From contig LVLI01000353.1 in assembly GCA_001687465.1 (NCBI GenBank), positions 54,202 through 74,201 of the forward strand: a stretch of 20,000 bases of DNA, in the 5' to 3' direction. How positions within the stretch are numbered: the stretch's first letter is position 1; every line of letters begins with the position of its first letter. Made by a program: the position numbers and the translations under genes. The stretch comes from Halocafeteria seosinensis. Taxonomy: Eukaryota. Under the pieces are notes generated by a model. The model ran no database searches. It worked only from the letters and a program-made list of their open reading frames with translations, and was not told the origin of the DNA. This document shows positions 1-12,100 of the stretch, piece by piece.

Positions 1-105
1 TATTGATATATTGATTCGTCCGCTATTCCCCGTGGCACTGATTCCACTTGACAATACAATAGATCCTGAATCTCCGTCTGTACTTTTTCCAGTTCCCAGT
101 GTTAG
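1..105. repeat. Direct repeat L, copy 1 (truncated by left window edge); matches 1255-1359
   Basis: 105 nt match with one mismatch (position 43 t vs 1297 a; Gly GGA vs GGT, synonymous). Offset 1,254 nt = 418 codons. Confidence 0.95.
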
Positions 106-3100
106 TTTTCCAGCATTCCCATCGAAGGAGCGCCCGCTGCTTAAAACTGTACTGCCAGTATCCCCTATTAGTGACGTGTCACCACTTCGATGTCTAACAG
201 CACCAGTTTTTCCAGATGTACTGTGACCGGAAAATACACTCATCGCCCCAGTAGAAGCGTCATCAATAGGAACGTAGATCCAGACAGCACCAGTATCCCC
301 AGTCGCATCACCTCCACCACTCGATATTGTAACACTCCCTCCTTGGTTTACCATAGACGTTCCTGAGCTTATTAACATGTCAGAGCCTACTCCATGCGTT
401 GAATACCCTACTATGAGAGAAATGGAACCTGAGATGTCCCCATCACCGCTTGCAAAGAGAATATCTCCTGATCCACCGCTTCCCAATGCCTCACCTGAGG
501 CTACTGTTAGGCTCCCTGATGTCCCTAGTACTGTGTTTCCCGTCGAAATTGACACCGAGCCAGCATCGCCATTTGTCGCGGTCCCACTCTTCCCGACTAT
601 GTCACCAGTATTCCCCGTTGTTGACGACGATGTCAACAAGGTAACTTTCCCGGTGTCAGCAACATCCGAGATCTTTGTGCTTATGTCTACGTGGCCGCTA
701 CTTCCTTTATTTGTGTGCCCCGTTTCCAATATGATATTCCCACCATTGCCCTCACCAGACTTGCCTACTTCTAGACTGAGACTGCCAGCCGTGCCTTGTG
801 TACTGTCACCAACTTGTATACTCACATATCCACCGCTATCACCCTCTCCACTGCTCAAGATGATATTTCCGGAGTCACCCCCATTTCCATCGCCAGTACC
901 TAACGTGAGTCTCCCACTGCCGCCATGAAAACTGCGACCGCTGCTTAGCATAGCCTCACCAGACTCTCCATGATCGGTGAAGCCACCACGTATTTGTACA
1001 AATCCAGTCGTACCATCGGTAGAGTCACCCGTTAAAATGGACACGGAACCAGTATCTCCGCAGTGTACTGAAGGCACCGTAAATGAGACTCTACCGGAGC
1101 CACCACTGTTGCCACCACCACTGCCTATGAAAATGTCTCCCCCAACATGCTCAGACGAGTCTCCTCCAGCAAGGACAATGCGGGCACCTTCTTTGATAGA
1201 GCTTTGTCCAGCTGCAATGGAGAGTGCCCCGCTAGTGCCTTCAGTGGATTTTTCTATTGATATATTGATTCGTCCGCTATTCCCCGTGGCACTGATACCA
1301 CTTGACAATACAATAGATCCTGAATCTCCGTCTGTACTTTTTCCAGTTCCCAGTGTTAGCTTCCCGCTTTTCCCGTCATTTGTAGATTGTGACTGTAGGA
1401 CAGCAGCTCCCGTAGAACCAAGATTCGCTTTCCCAGTAAGAGCTGCTACAGAACCAGTGGCGGCACCGTTTGATCCAGAAACTAGAGATATGCTTCCACT
1501 GTTGCCTGTTTGGGCAGCCGAAGTAGCAAAATCAATTTGTCCCATTGGCCCACTATACAGTGATATGGTTCCACCAGCGGAAGCCCCAGAGTCCCCTGCC
1601 TCCACAACAATACGCCCGCCTTTCGCAGAATCATTCGCAAGTAGTGATACAGCGCCTCCAGCTCCGTTGGATCCGCCCACAGCTATAATAACATATCCCG
1701 TGTTGCCGCAGCTCCCGTTCGTTTTAATTGTTATGCTTCCAGAAGATTTTTGTGACGCACCTCCGCTCTCTATAGCGATGGACCCACTTGAGGCAGAGTT
1801 AGAGACTCCGGTGAGGACCGATAGATCGCCAGTATCACCAGCGTTTGTGGTGCCTGATCTTATGTACAGAAGTCCACTACTGCCACTATTTGTCAATCCC
1901 GAGAAAGCTGATATAGATCCGGTGTTACCACCTTCGCGAGAAAAGAGAGTTATTTTCCCTGAGCTGGTTTTGGAGGTGCCACTTTCAATACTCACGTCGC
2001 CCCCAAATCCATTGTCCGCATCGCCGGAACGGACGTATACGCTTATTTCCGGGGAAATATTGCCCCTACCGGTTTCGATAGTTACACCACTAGCTGTTGC
2101 TGCTGTAAGTGAGCATCCCGTCCGAATAGTAACACCACCCGATGAGCTCTTTGCACTTCCGCTCTGCAGATATATTTCCCCCGATGGTTCGCAGCTGCCT
2201 TTTCCTGTGAAAAGACTCACTGCTCCTGAGCATCCCTGAGCTTTTCCAGTGAGCATATTAATTTGTCCTGTGTTTCCTCCAGTTCCAGTCGTAGCGGAAA
2301 GGCTCCCTGTGTTCCCTAAAGTGGAAGATCCACTGGCCACCACTATGTCACCTGACGAGCTCGCTACTGAGGTACCAGTTTTAACTTCAACTGAGCCGCT
2401 GTTACTCTTTGCATCCAGCGAAAGAAGGTTCACGTCTCCAGAATTCAAATAAGCATCATTTGCAATAATTGAGATCGACCCAGAAAACATGGATGAAGAC
2501 CCTGTGGAGAACGCAATACCGCCGCTGGCGGTGTTGGCCGTCCCCGTATGAAAGCTGACGTATCCAGAGTCGCCTCCATTGGCGTCCCCTGAAAATGCAT
2601 CCATACTACCGGTCACTTCACCATCATCTGTAAAAGCCGTAATAGAGCCTGTTCGGGCAGTGGTACTTGTACCACTTCGCAACCAAATCAAACCGCTGGC
2701 GACGTCATTGGTCTCCCCAGTCGAGAAGCTCAGTTCACCACTTGTGCGAGCACTACCGCTCCGGATGGTCAATCGTCCCGTGTTCCCACTTCCATCTGAT
2801 GATAACACTTCAAGCACTCCGGTGTTGGTTCCACTGCCTGTTGTGACAGAAATATATCCACCTGGAGATGTTCTAGACGATGTTCCAGAGGAAATCACGA
2901 TGTTTCCTGAATGCAGGTCTGCGTTACCACTATTCATATACAAACTACCTCCTTGGTTTGCGGCTTGCTTGGCCATAAGCGCTATAACACCGCTATTATT
3001 TCCCTTTCCTGAGACGATGCAAATTGTTTGGGTATCTCTCCCTCGTTGAGACACAATATGGATGTCGCCGGTACCAGTTGCTCCGTTGCCACTTTGCAAC

Positions 3101-6100
3101 ACAATGCTTCCGCTATCTTCGCAGCTTGACATTCCGCTCTGTAAAGTAATCGAGCCACTACTGGTATCACTGGCACCAGAAACTAGTTTCAATGCCCCGG
3201 ATTCTGTAGCTGAACAGGCACTAGAAATACTTAAACTTCCGGAGCTGCCGCTGGCACCCCCTCCTGTAGCGATGCTAATTGCCCCGCCAACTGCCGTCGC
3301 GTCTACAGTAGAGCCCCCCCTGATGACCACATCGGCACCGTTTCCTGAATTTGACACACCGAGGACAATTCCAAAGAGAGAATCCACGTCTGAAGCCGAT
3401 TCACCAATAAAAAAGAGTAGGTCTCCCCTAGAAGATGCTGCTGAGCCAGTTATGATTCGCAGCTTTCCCGCATTTTGCTCGGCAGAATTCCCTGTAATAA
3501 TGGAAACTTTACCGGAGCTACTGACTGCATTCGCACTTGATAAAACTAGAGACCCAGATCCAGAACAAGCGTCTCCTGATTGTATGCGCACCGAGCCAGT
3601 AGAGCCACATGCGGTTCCAGACTGGAGCAGGAGAGTGCCGCTATCACCAGTACGAGCTGCCTCCCCGGTGCTAAGTTTAATCAGCCCACCACGTGTTCCA
3701 GAGCCTCCAATTAAAGAAACGCTCCCACTGTTAGTACCAGCTTGACCAGATAAGAACACAAGTCGTCCCGAACACTGAACAGAGTGGCCACTGAACATGT
3801 CCAGCTCACCAGTCACAGAGTGACCACTGCTAGAGGCGATTTGAAATCTCCCGCTTCTCCCTGCTGTAACATCTCCCGTAGCGTACCGGATATCCCCAGA
3901 AGACGAAGATGTTGACGTGCCAGTGAAGAGATTAAACGTGCCAGTGTTGGAGTTCAACGTGGCACGCCCAGTCTTTATGTACAGGTCCCCCGTTACACCG
4001 TCGTCGGTGTCCTCCGTTAGTATTTTTGACCGAATGCTTCGCGAAACCATAACAACGTGCCCTCCTCGCATTTCAGCCGAGCCGGACTCTATTACCAGAG
4101 GGGAAGGTTTACCCTTCGTGGACGCGCCACTGATGATTGAAAGCGGTCCGGAAGCTATCTCAATCCTACCGCTATTGGCACCGGTCGCAAGCCCTGTGGA
4201 AACAATTATTTCCCCACTCCTTCCTTCCTTGGCGTCTCCAGTCAGTGCAACCATTGCACCACTCGTTCCGATCTTACTATTGCCCGTCTCGAGAACGGCA
4301 TCCCCGGTATCTCCTGACACCACCGCTACCCCGGACAACACCAGCATGGCACCGGTGTTCTCCTTGGTAGTGAAGCCACTATCGATCAACACACTGCCCG
4401 AATCGCCTTGTAGGACGTTTGAAGTTATGATGTTGATGCTTCCTGAGCAAGTCGTATCTCCTGTTCCAGAAGAGATAGATACTGGACCGCCGATTTTCGT
4501 CGAAGAACAGCCAGCGCTGATGACGACGTCACCATGGTTAAAAGCCAGACCTTCTCGAACGACAACAGAAATGCTACCAGCACTACCTTCAGTTGATGCA
4601 GCAGAGGACCGTAACAGAATATACCCGGCATTGCCACTTTCCGTTGCTCCTCCAGAGAGTCGTATCCCGCCGGAATCGCCACAGTTGCTACCACCTGTGA
4701 GAAACAGGAGTCTGCCGGATCGTGTTGCGGCGACTCCGGTAAACAAGCTTAGGCTCCCCGAGGAACCATTAGTGGATTCGCCAATGAATAGCTCTACGTG
4801 TCCTGTGTTCCCCATGTTCGCATATCCCGTTTTCATCGTCAATTTCCCGGATCTATGGCTATTTCCAGAGGTGAAAATGGACACAGACGCCCCATCACCC
4901 CCTTCAATGCTGCCTCCACCAGAGATCTTGGTTTCTCCAGAGTCCCCACTGAGCTTCGACGTTCCACTTTGTGCGACAAATCTTCCTCCGTTCCCATCTG
5001 TAGCATCCCCTCCCCGAAGTAAGATGCGTCCGCCATCGCCGGTACTGGTTGAACCCGTTCTAAAGGAGATGAAGCCAGCTGCACCACATTCAACTCTTCC
5101 ACTTGACAACTGAAAAGAACCGCTAAGTGACTTCCCCCCAGATGTCAAGAGGTCAACTCTGCCGGTGTCTCCTTCACTTGACTCTCCCGTCGAAATGGTC
5201 ATCTCGCCACTGTCGAGTTGCGACTTTCCTGAGAACAACACAACCTCACCTGACCTTCCTGAGTTAGATTCACCGCTTCTGAAAGATAACTGTCCTGTAG
5301 CGGCTTGAGTGCTTTCAGCAGACTTGAGGGTCACGGTTCCGGAGACGCCTTTAGAAGTACCCGAATAGAAACCAATCCATCCACCCTCAACGGAGCCACA
5401 GCCTGCGTGGAGAATAATGCATCCGCTGTCCCGCTTGGAGTTTCCAGTCAACATGGAAATACTTCCCATTGTGTTTGAGGATATTATCTTCATTCGCACG
5501 TAGCCGCTAGTTCCTTGTTCTGATGCGCCTGAGTAAAACCACAAGCCTCCTGAATCCTTGTTTGCGTCGCCAGTGCTGAGAGTGACAGAGCCTGAAGACA
5601 TACCACTGCAACCAGTATCCAGCGACACAGATCCTGAGTTTGCAGTCGAGGTGCCGGACAAAATGCTTATACCACCTGTAGAAATGGCACTTGAGCTTCT
5701 GAGTGCGACGTTTCCAGAAGATGTTCCGGCTGTGCCGGTAGTAGTAGAAACGAGTCCCGACGTGCCGCTCCTGGAGGATCCGGTCATCATGGTAATCGTA
5801 CCCGAGCTCTTATTCCCTCGTCCTGTACTAAAAGTGACACTCCCACCAGCAACTTCTCCAAATGATGACAAAGCTCTAATGTCTCCAGAATTGCCTGCGT
5901 TTGATACTCCTGTGCGCAGCACTTGGAAGCCGCTACATTCCACTTCCGCGGTCCCTGTTACAACCTTTACTTGGCCGGAGTCTGAGGTAGCAGCTTCACC
6001 CGTAAAAGTAGCAACACTGCCGGTGTTCATAGATTCTTTAACGCCCGAACGGAAGCTGACTCCACCACTACGTTGGTCTCCCTCCAGTGTTAGAACAAGC

Positions 6101-9100
6101 ACGCTTCCTGTTTGTCCTGATTCTACAGAGCCGCTCCGGAAAGTGATAGTTCCCGAAGAGGCTCCTTCACCAGTACTCACATTTATGTCTCCAGAAGAGT
6201 GACTGCTTTCTCCACTGTTGATTGTCAAGCCACCGGTATCTTGACAATTGCTGCTTCCAGAGGCCAAGAAAACATTTCCAGACCGGTGGCTCGAAGCTCC
6301 AGAACCTAGTTCAAGGTGTCCGCTTGTTGCATCACGGCCGGTGCTCAGTTGTATGTCGCCACTGCGCTTGCTAGCTCTCCCTGTGAAAGCCCGCACTGCC
6401 GACGACCTACATGCGTCTCCACTCACAAACAGGATGTTCCCTGAGTTTCCTTCCACAGCATTCCCCGTTGAAAAACTAATATACCCTGACTTTGCAGTGT
6501 GCATAGAATTGCTTGAGTGAAGGGTGATTTGACCTTCCGCAACGACATTGACTTCACCACCGCGAGTTGACTGCGAACTAGCAGAAAAGACGACAGCACC
6601 AGTTTGTCGGGAAGCATTTCCTGTTATCAGCGAAATGGATCCAGAGTTCCCGAACAAGGTATTGCCTGAGTGAATGAGCACTCTGCCAGATGTTTTGAGC
6701 CCTTGAGCGTTTCCTGTTTCCATCAACACGTTCCCAGAATAGCCGCCGCTATTCCCTGTCGTGACTTCAATCCTCCCAGAATCTATCTGTGAACCACCTG
6801 TCAAAAGTTCAACCTTTCCAGTATTCTTATCTGCAGAGCTCCCGCTTCCGGCTAGGACTGCTCCCGAGTTTTCACTGGAGGACCCTGACATATAGTCCTG
6901 ACTGCCAGTGTTCCCAACTCCAGAGGAAGATGTGCTGGTTAGTATGCTGCCACTGCAAGATCCGGTACCACTTAGCAAGTAGAAACTACCTCCATGAAAA
7001 GTGGAAGAGTGGGATGAGCCACTTCTTATGGCAATGGAGCCACCAACAGCATGTCCTGTTGAAACAACAAGCGAAATTGCGCCTGAATTTCCGGACAGCG
7101 AATCACTAGTCCTAAGCCGCATGGTACCACTGTTTCCCTCGTTAGATGTGCCAGTAACGAGGGTTACCATGCCACTTCGAGAATTACCTATTCCACTGCC
7201 AATAGTGGCACCCCCACTTTTTCCCCGCAAGGACCTTCCGGAACTCAAAACAACTCTGCCGCCGTTTCCCTCCTGAATTGTCCCAGTGTCAATATGGATG
7301 TAACCAGAATTCCCTTTCGGTGTACTTCCCGAGATACCTAGAATGGCTCCAGAATAGGAGTTGCTAGAGGGGCTACGTATATAGGCAGAACCGCTATGGC
7401 ATCCATGCCCAGTAAAGACGGAAACAGCTCCGCCTTCGTTTACAGCAGCTTGTCCTGCACGTACAAGGACATCTCCGCCTGTGGCATGTGATCGTCCGAC
7501 TAAAAGAGACACGGACCCAGTAGAAATGCCTGCTGTGGCGGAATTGAGCAAGATATGACCGGTCGATGCGTCATCAGCGTTCCCGGAAACCAATGCAATG
7601 GCACCACTGGAACTATGCTTAGCATCGCCGGAGGCGAGGAGCACCGCACCACTGTTTCCCTGGGTAGTCTTCCCTGAACCGAGTATCCCATTACCGCTAT
7701 CCCCATCGGAGCACCTGCCAGAACCTATACTTATTGGTCCGGTGTTTCCTTCCGGGGTAATGCCGCTTCTAACTGACATTCTTCCTGTCGACCCCGTCTT
7801 ACTGATGGTCGATGCTATATGGAGGGCTCCGCTGTCACTAGACGACCCCCCTCCACTGGATAGGGATAACGCTCCCCCGATATTGGATACGGCGTCTCCC
7901 GCCTGTATAGTAACGGCACCGCCGTTGCCTTTATTCGAACTTCCCACAGAGAGGGAAATAGGCCCTGAGTTTCCGTGGGTGGATGAGCCGGAGTACAAAA
8001 GCGCGTCTCCACTCATGTCATTCCCATTACCGGAAGCAATGCGGATATTTCCCGAGTTATCACCGTTTCCCGAGTGTATCGTGATCTGACCCGAGTGGCT
8101 CTTACCAGAGGCGCCTGATCGCAGCGTCAACGAACCAGAGCCTCCGCGTTCTGTGTTCCCACTAACAAAAGAAACGAAACCACTGTTGTTATCCTGTAAG
8201 GCAGCACCTGAGGCTACAGTTATCGGTGCGGATCGTGTGAGTGAATTTCCAGAATCTAAGAGAATACAGCCTGAATCCTGCATGGAGTTGCCCGAAACAA
8301 TGGAAACTGAGCCACTGGTTTGAGAATCACTCGTTAACAGCTTCAAATCACCACTGTTTCCATTGCCCGCGTCTCCCGTCGTCAAGCGAGCAGATCCACT
8401 AGAGGTGTTGGTCTTACCGGAACGAATAAGTATGTTTCCTGAAGCCATGTTGGCAGTACCGGTCATTATTGAAGTGCTCCCCGATTCGACATTTCCCGTT
8501 CCAGTGCTCAGGCTTATATGCCCGGAACAATGAAGAGCGCTCCCGGTCTCAAGCCGAAAGACGCCACTGTACTTGTTAGCATCCCCAGAGTATATCACAC
8601 CACGACCACTGTTCTCATTAGAATCACCACTACGGAAGCTGATCACACCAGTGCTACTGCCGGCCTCAGATCCAATTAGCAATTTTCCAGAATTTCCGTC
8701 CGAAACGCCAGAAGCTACTTCGACGAAGCCCGTGTCGCGCAGCTTTGAATTTCCACTATCAATATTCAGTGATCCACTGCACCCATAGTGTGTTGATCCC
8801 GTCACGACAGAGACACTACCACTTTCAAGATTTCCTAACTTCGTTTGAGAAATGAGGAAGCCACTTGCTGCTTCTATGCAGTTCCCTGATTGTATGGTGA
8901 TAGCTCCCGTATCCTGGAACTGAGACGACCCCGTCGACATCGATAGATCGCCCGAATTTGCTCCTGCACCTGAACGAACTTCAAACTTCCCGGTGTAGCC
9001 GGCCTGTGAGCAGCCAGAAATAAGTGACAGTGAGCCACTAGCCATGGTGGCGTCTGCAGAATAAGCAACTATGCCTCCAGTTCCAAGATTACTCTTCGCA

Positions 9101-12100
9101 GTTTTCGCAAGTAGAGAACCCGAGCATTCTAGGCCTGTTCCTGTCAGCCAGGAAATATCTCCCCCATTACCATGGAGAGACTTCCCGGCCTTGATGGTAA
9201 TATAGCCTCCATTTCCGCATGTAGAACGTCCTGCAAGAAGCGACAGTGAACCGCTAGCGTCCCCACGATTGGAAGTCAACGCAATATGACCGCTGGCACC
9301 ATTACTACAGCCAGATCCGGTCCTGAATTCAATATATCCAGTTCTTTCTGCGCCCCTACCAGTTTTGATAGTTATACGTCCACTTTTCCCGTTAGTATCG
9401 CCAGTGTAGACGTCTACTGAGCCGGTCTCCTCATGCAGCGATACAAAACCAGAATGAATATCGACCGCCTTGGAGTGTCCACAAGCGTTCAGTCCGGAAG
9501 CAATTTTGACATGTCCTCCATGCACATTTGAGGGACCACCTTTAATCTGAATTGATCCTCCATAGTCCTGACTGCTTCCGGAAGTAATACTGATACTTCC
9601 GGATTTGCATACGGAAGAACCAGTAGAGACAAGGACGCGGCCTGAATTCGACGTTCCAAGTCCGGTCGTTAGAAGGACGTCATGTGACTTAAAGTCATTC
9701 TGAAATCCAGTGACGACAAGAACGCCACCGCTCAGACCATTTGGTGCTGCCCCACTGGAAAAATCTACTGAGCCAGTATCTGCGCTATTTGAAGACCCCG
9801 AAGCTACGGAAATGGCACCACTGTCACCCGATGGTGTAGGTCCAGTAGAAATGGTGAACGAGCCACTCGTCGTTTTGGCACTTGTCGTAAGCAAATGAGC
9901 ATCACCACTAACAGCAGTTCCTCCTCCTGCTAGGATCTCAATTTTCCCGCTCTCCTTTGCTCCTTCCCCAGAGAAGATGGTGACATCACCTCCATCAGTT
10001 TTTTCAGAAGGTAGAGAATGCAATGAGACTGAACCGGATATGCCGCAATCAGACTCGGAGACGCGCATCACGATGGAGCCGCTTCGTCCGCATTTTGCGG
10101 AGCCTGAGGAGAGCAGAAGGGAACCAGTAGTTCCATCTTTACCGTTACCGCCGCTCAGGCGCACGTCACCTGAGCTACTTCCAGCATCGCCAGAACGGAA
10201 AACGACCATACCTGTATTGCCTTGAGCTGAACTTCCGCTTCTGAAGTCGACGGCACCGCTGCATGAGCTAGCAGTGCTTCCAGTAGCGATAGATATATTC
10301 CCAGAGTGTGATCCTGATTTCCCCGTTGAGGCTGAAACGTATCCGGTTAAACCAGAGACCGCATTCCCTGCACTAATAGAGATCCCCCCACTCCTATCAT
10401 TACTTACACCCCCAGTTATGTAGATAGAGCCCCCACGCAAAGCAGACGGGACTAGCACTGATATCGCACCTCCATTATGCCTCGCAGGCCCAACAGAACT
10501 GACAATCGAACCACTACAAGCACCTGCATTCCCGCTCTGAATAGAAAAGAAGCCGCTGCGTCCAGCTGAGCCAGAGAACATACGTAAAGATCCCGATCCC
10601 CCCGAACTCACCCATCCGGATCGAACAGTCACCGCGCCACTATTCCCCGTCTGACTTGCACCAGTGAGCCAGTCCACGCTTCCACTGTTACCACTAGAGC
10701 CGCCACTTCGAAGTCTTACACTCCCTGTAGAACCAGAATTTTCGTCTCCAGTGCGGATTTCGAGCGTACCGCTCGAGCCATAATTTTGTCCACCAGAACG
10801 CATAACCAGTTTGCCTCCAACATTCCCGTGGCCTCCCAAAATGCTGATGCTACCTCCAATGTTACCGGATCCAATTTCGGCAAATACATGGCCTCCATCT
10901 TTTTCTGCTCGGTAAACAGATAATACTATTTCCCCAGATTTCAAACTAGCATCTCCGGAATGTAGCAGCAGAGGTCCAGTATCCCCTTGGCCAGTAAACC
11001 CGGAACGAATCTCCATCTTGCCGGATTCCATCGCCGCTCCAGTGACAAACGACACGGGACCACTATTCCCGCCGCTGCCACTTGATAACATGATAAGGCC
11101 GGAATTAGCTTCAGCGCTCCCTGATGAAATGGCAATTGATCCTGATTCGTTGCCAAAGGCGGTAAGCATGTTGACTTCACCTGTGCCAGCACCAGACGCA
11201 CCCGTCAGGAGCTCAACACCTCCGCCAGACGCCCCGTTTCCGGAAACGATCATAATAGAACCTGCATTCATGCAGGAAGAGCCCACCTTTAGCTTCATTC
11301 CACCGCTTTGATTCTGAGCCTCTCCAGTGACAAAGATTGCGCTGGCACTCTCTGTGACGCCAGAACCGGTGGCTATCCCAATACCCCCAGAACGCCCCGA
11401 TGGCGAGTCACCCGTTACCAAAGATATCGGACCGCTGTTCATTGCAGAAGAACCAGTAATGTACTTTATATCACCACTTTCGTTTCCAATACCCGAAGAG
11501 AAAGTGAGGCGTCCAGAACGGCTCCTCGAAGCTCCCGTTTTTGTGTTGATGAGTCCGCTGAATGTCCTGCTCTGAGGTGTAACAACTGTTATCCCTTCGT
11601 CGTTATTCTCAGTTCCTCCGAAGAACTCTACACGGGGACCGGTGCTATGAGAAGAACATCCCGCCTCAATGGAGATATTACCACTTGCCCCATCTTCGGA
11701 ACTACCTGTGAGCACGGATATGTGACCAGACATCCGCGAGGCTCCCACTTGAAGTTTTATCCCGCCCGCTACAGTTGCGGCGTCTTCCGTAAGGAACCTT
11801 ACGACCCCAGAGTTGGAATTTCCCTTCCCAGTCCAAAGCTCTACGTTTCCAGAAGAACCCATAGCCGAGGGACCGGTTATCAATTCCATCCTGCCGCTAT
11901 CCGAAGCTGCGTTGGAGCTTGATATACTTATATCACCAGATTGGCACCCCCTACCGCTTTGGACATGCACGAATCCTCCATTTCGTCCACTAGCTGCCTC
12001 CACCGCTAGTGCACCGCCGTTGGATTGTCCCCCGGCCACACCGATAGTAACGGAGCCCGCATTCGACATATCGCTGTTGCCTGTTTGCAACAGAATCGAT

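Noticed and set aside
977..2239. 420 aa Pro-rich plus-strand ORF (likewise 3917-5113, 17504-18640 and the other ORFs in that frame) as real genes
   Set aside because: They are antisense shadows of the Gly-rich minus-strand frame; their Pro periodicity mirrors the Gly codons and they are broken by scattered stops while the minus frame is not.
3779..3829. Near-tandem 15 nt repeat acagagtg(g/a)ccactg encoding SGHSV twice, 12 codons apart
   Set aside because: Only two short copies; explained by adjacent protein units or a trivial micro-duplication, not a CRISPR-like or regulatory array.
6892..9575. 14 nt match atagtcctgactgc near 6892 and near 9562
   Set aside because: About one 14-mer match is expected by chance in a 20 kb self-comparison, more with biased composition, and the flanks do not align.
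11308..11922. 204 aa plus-strand ORF of different composition (Arg/Thr/Cys-rich), suggesting an inserted gene
   Set aside because: It is the codon-for-codon antisense of the giant ORF, which continues normally here (for example SEDGASGNISIEAGCSSHSTG).
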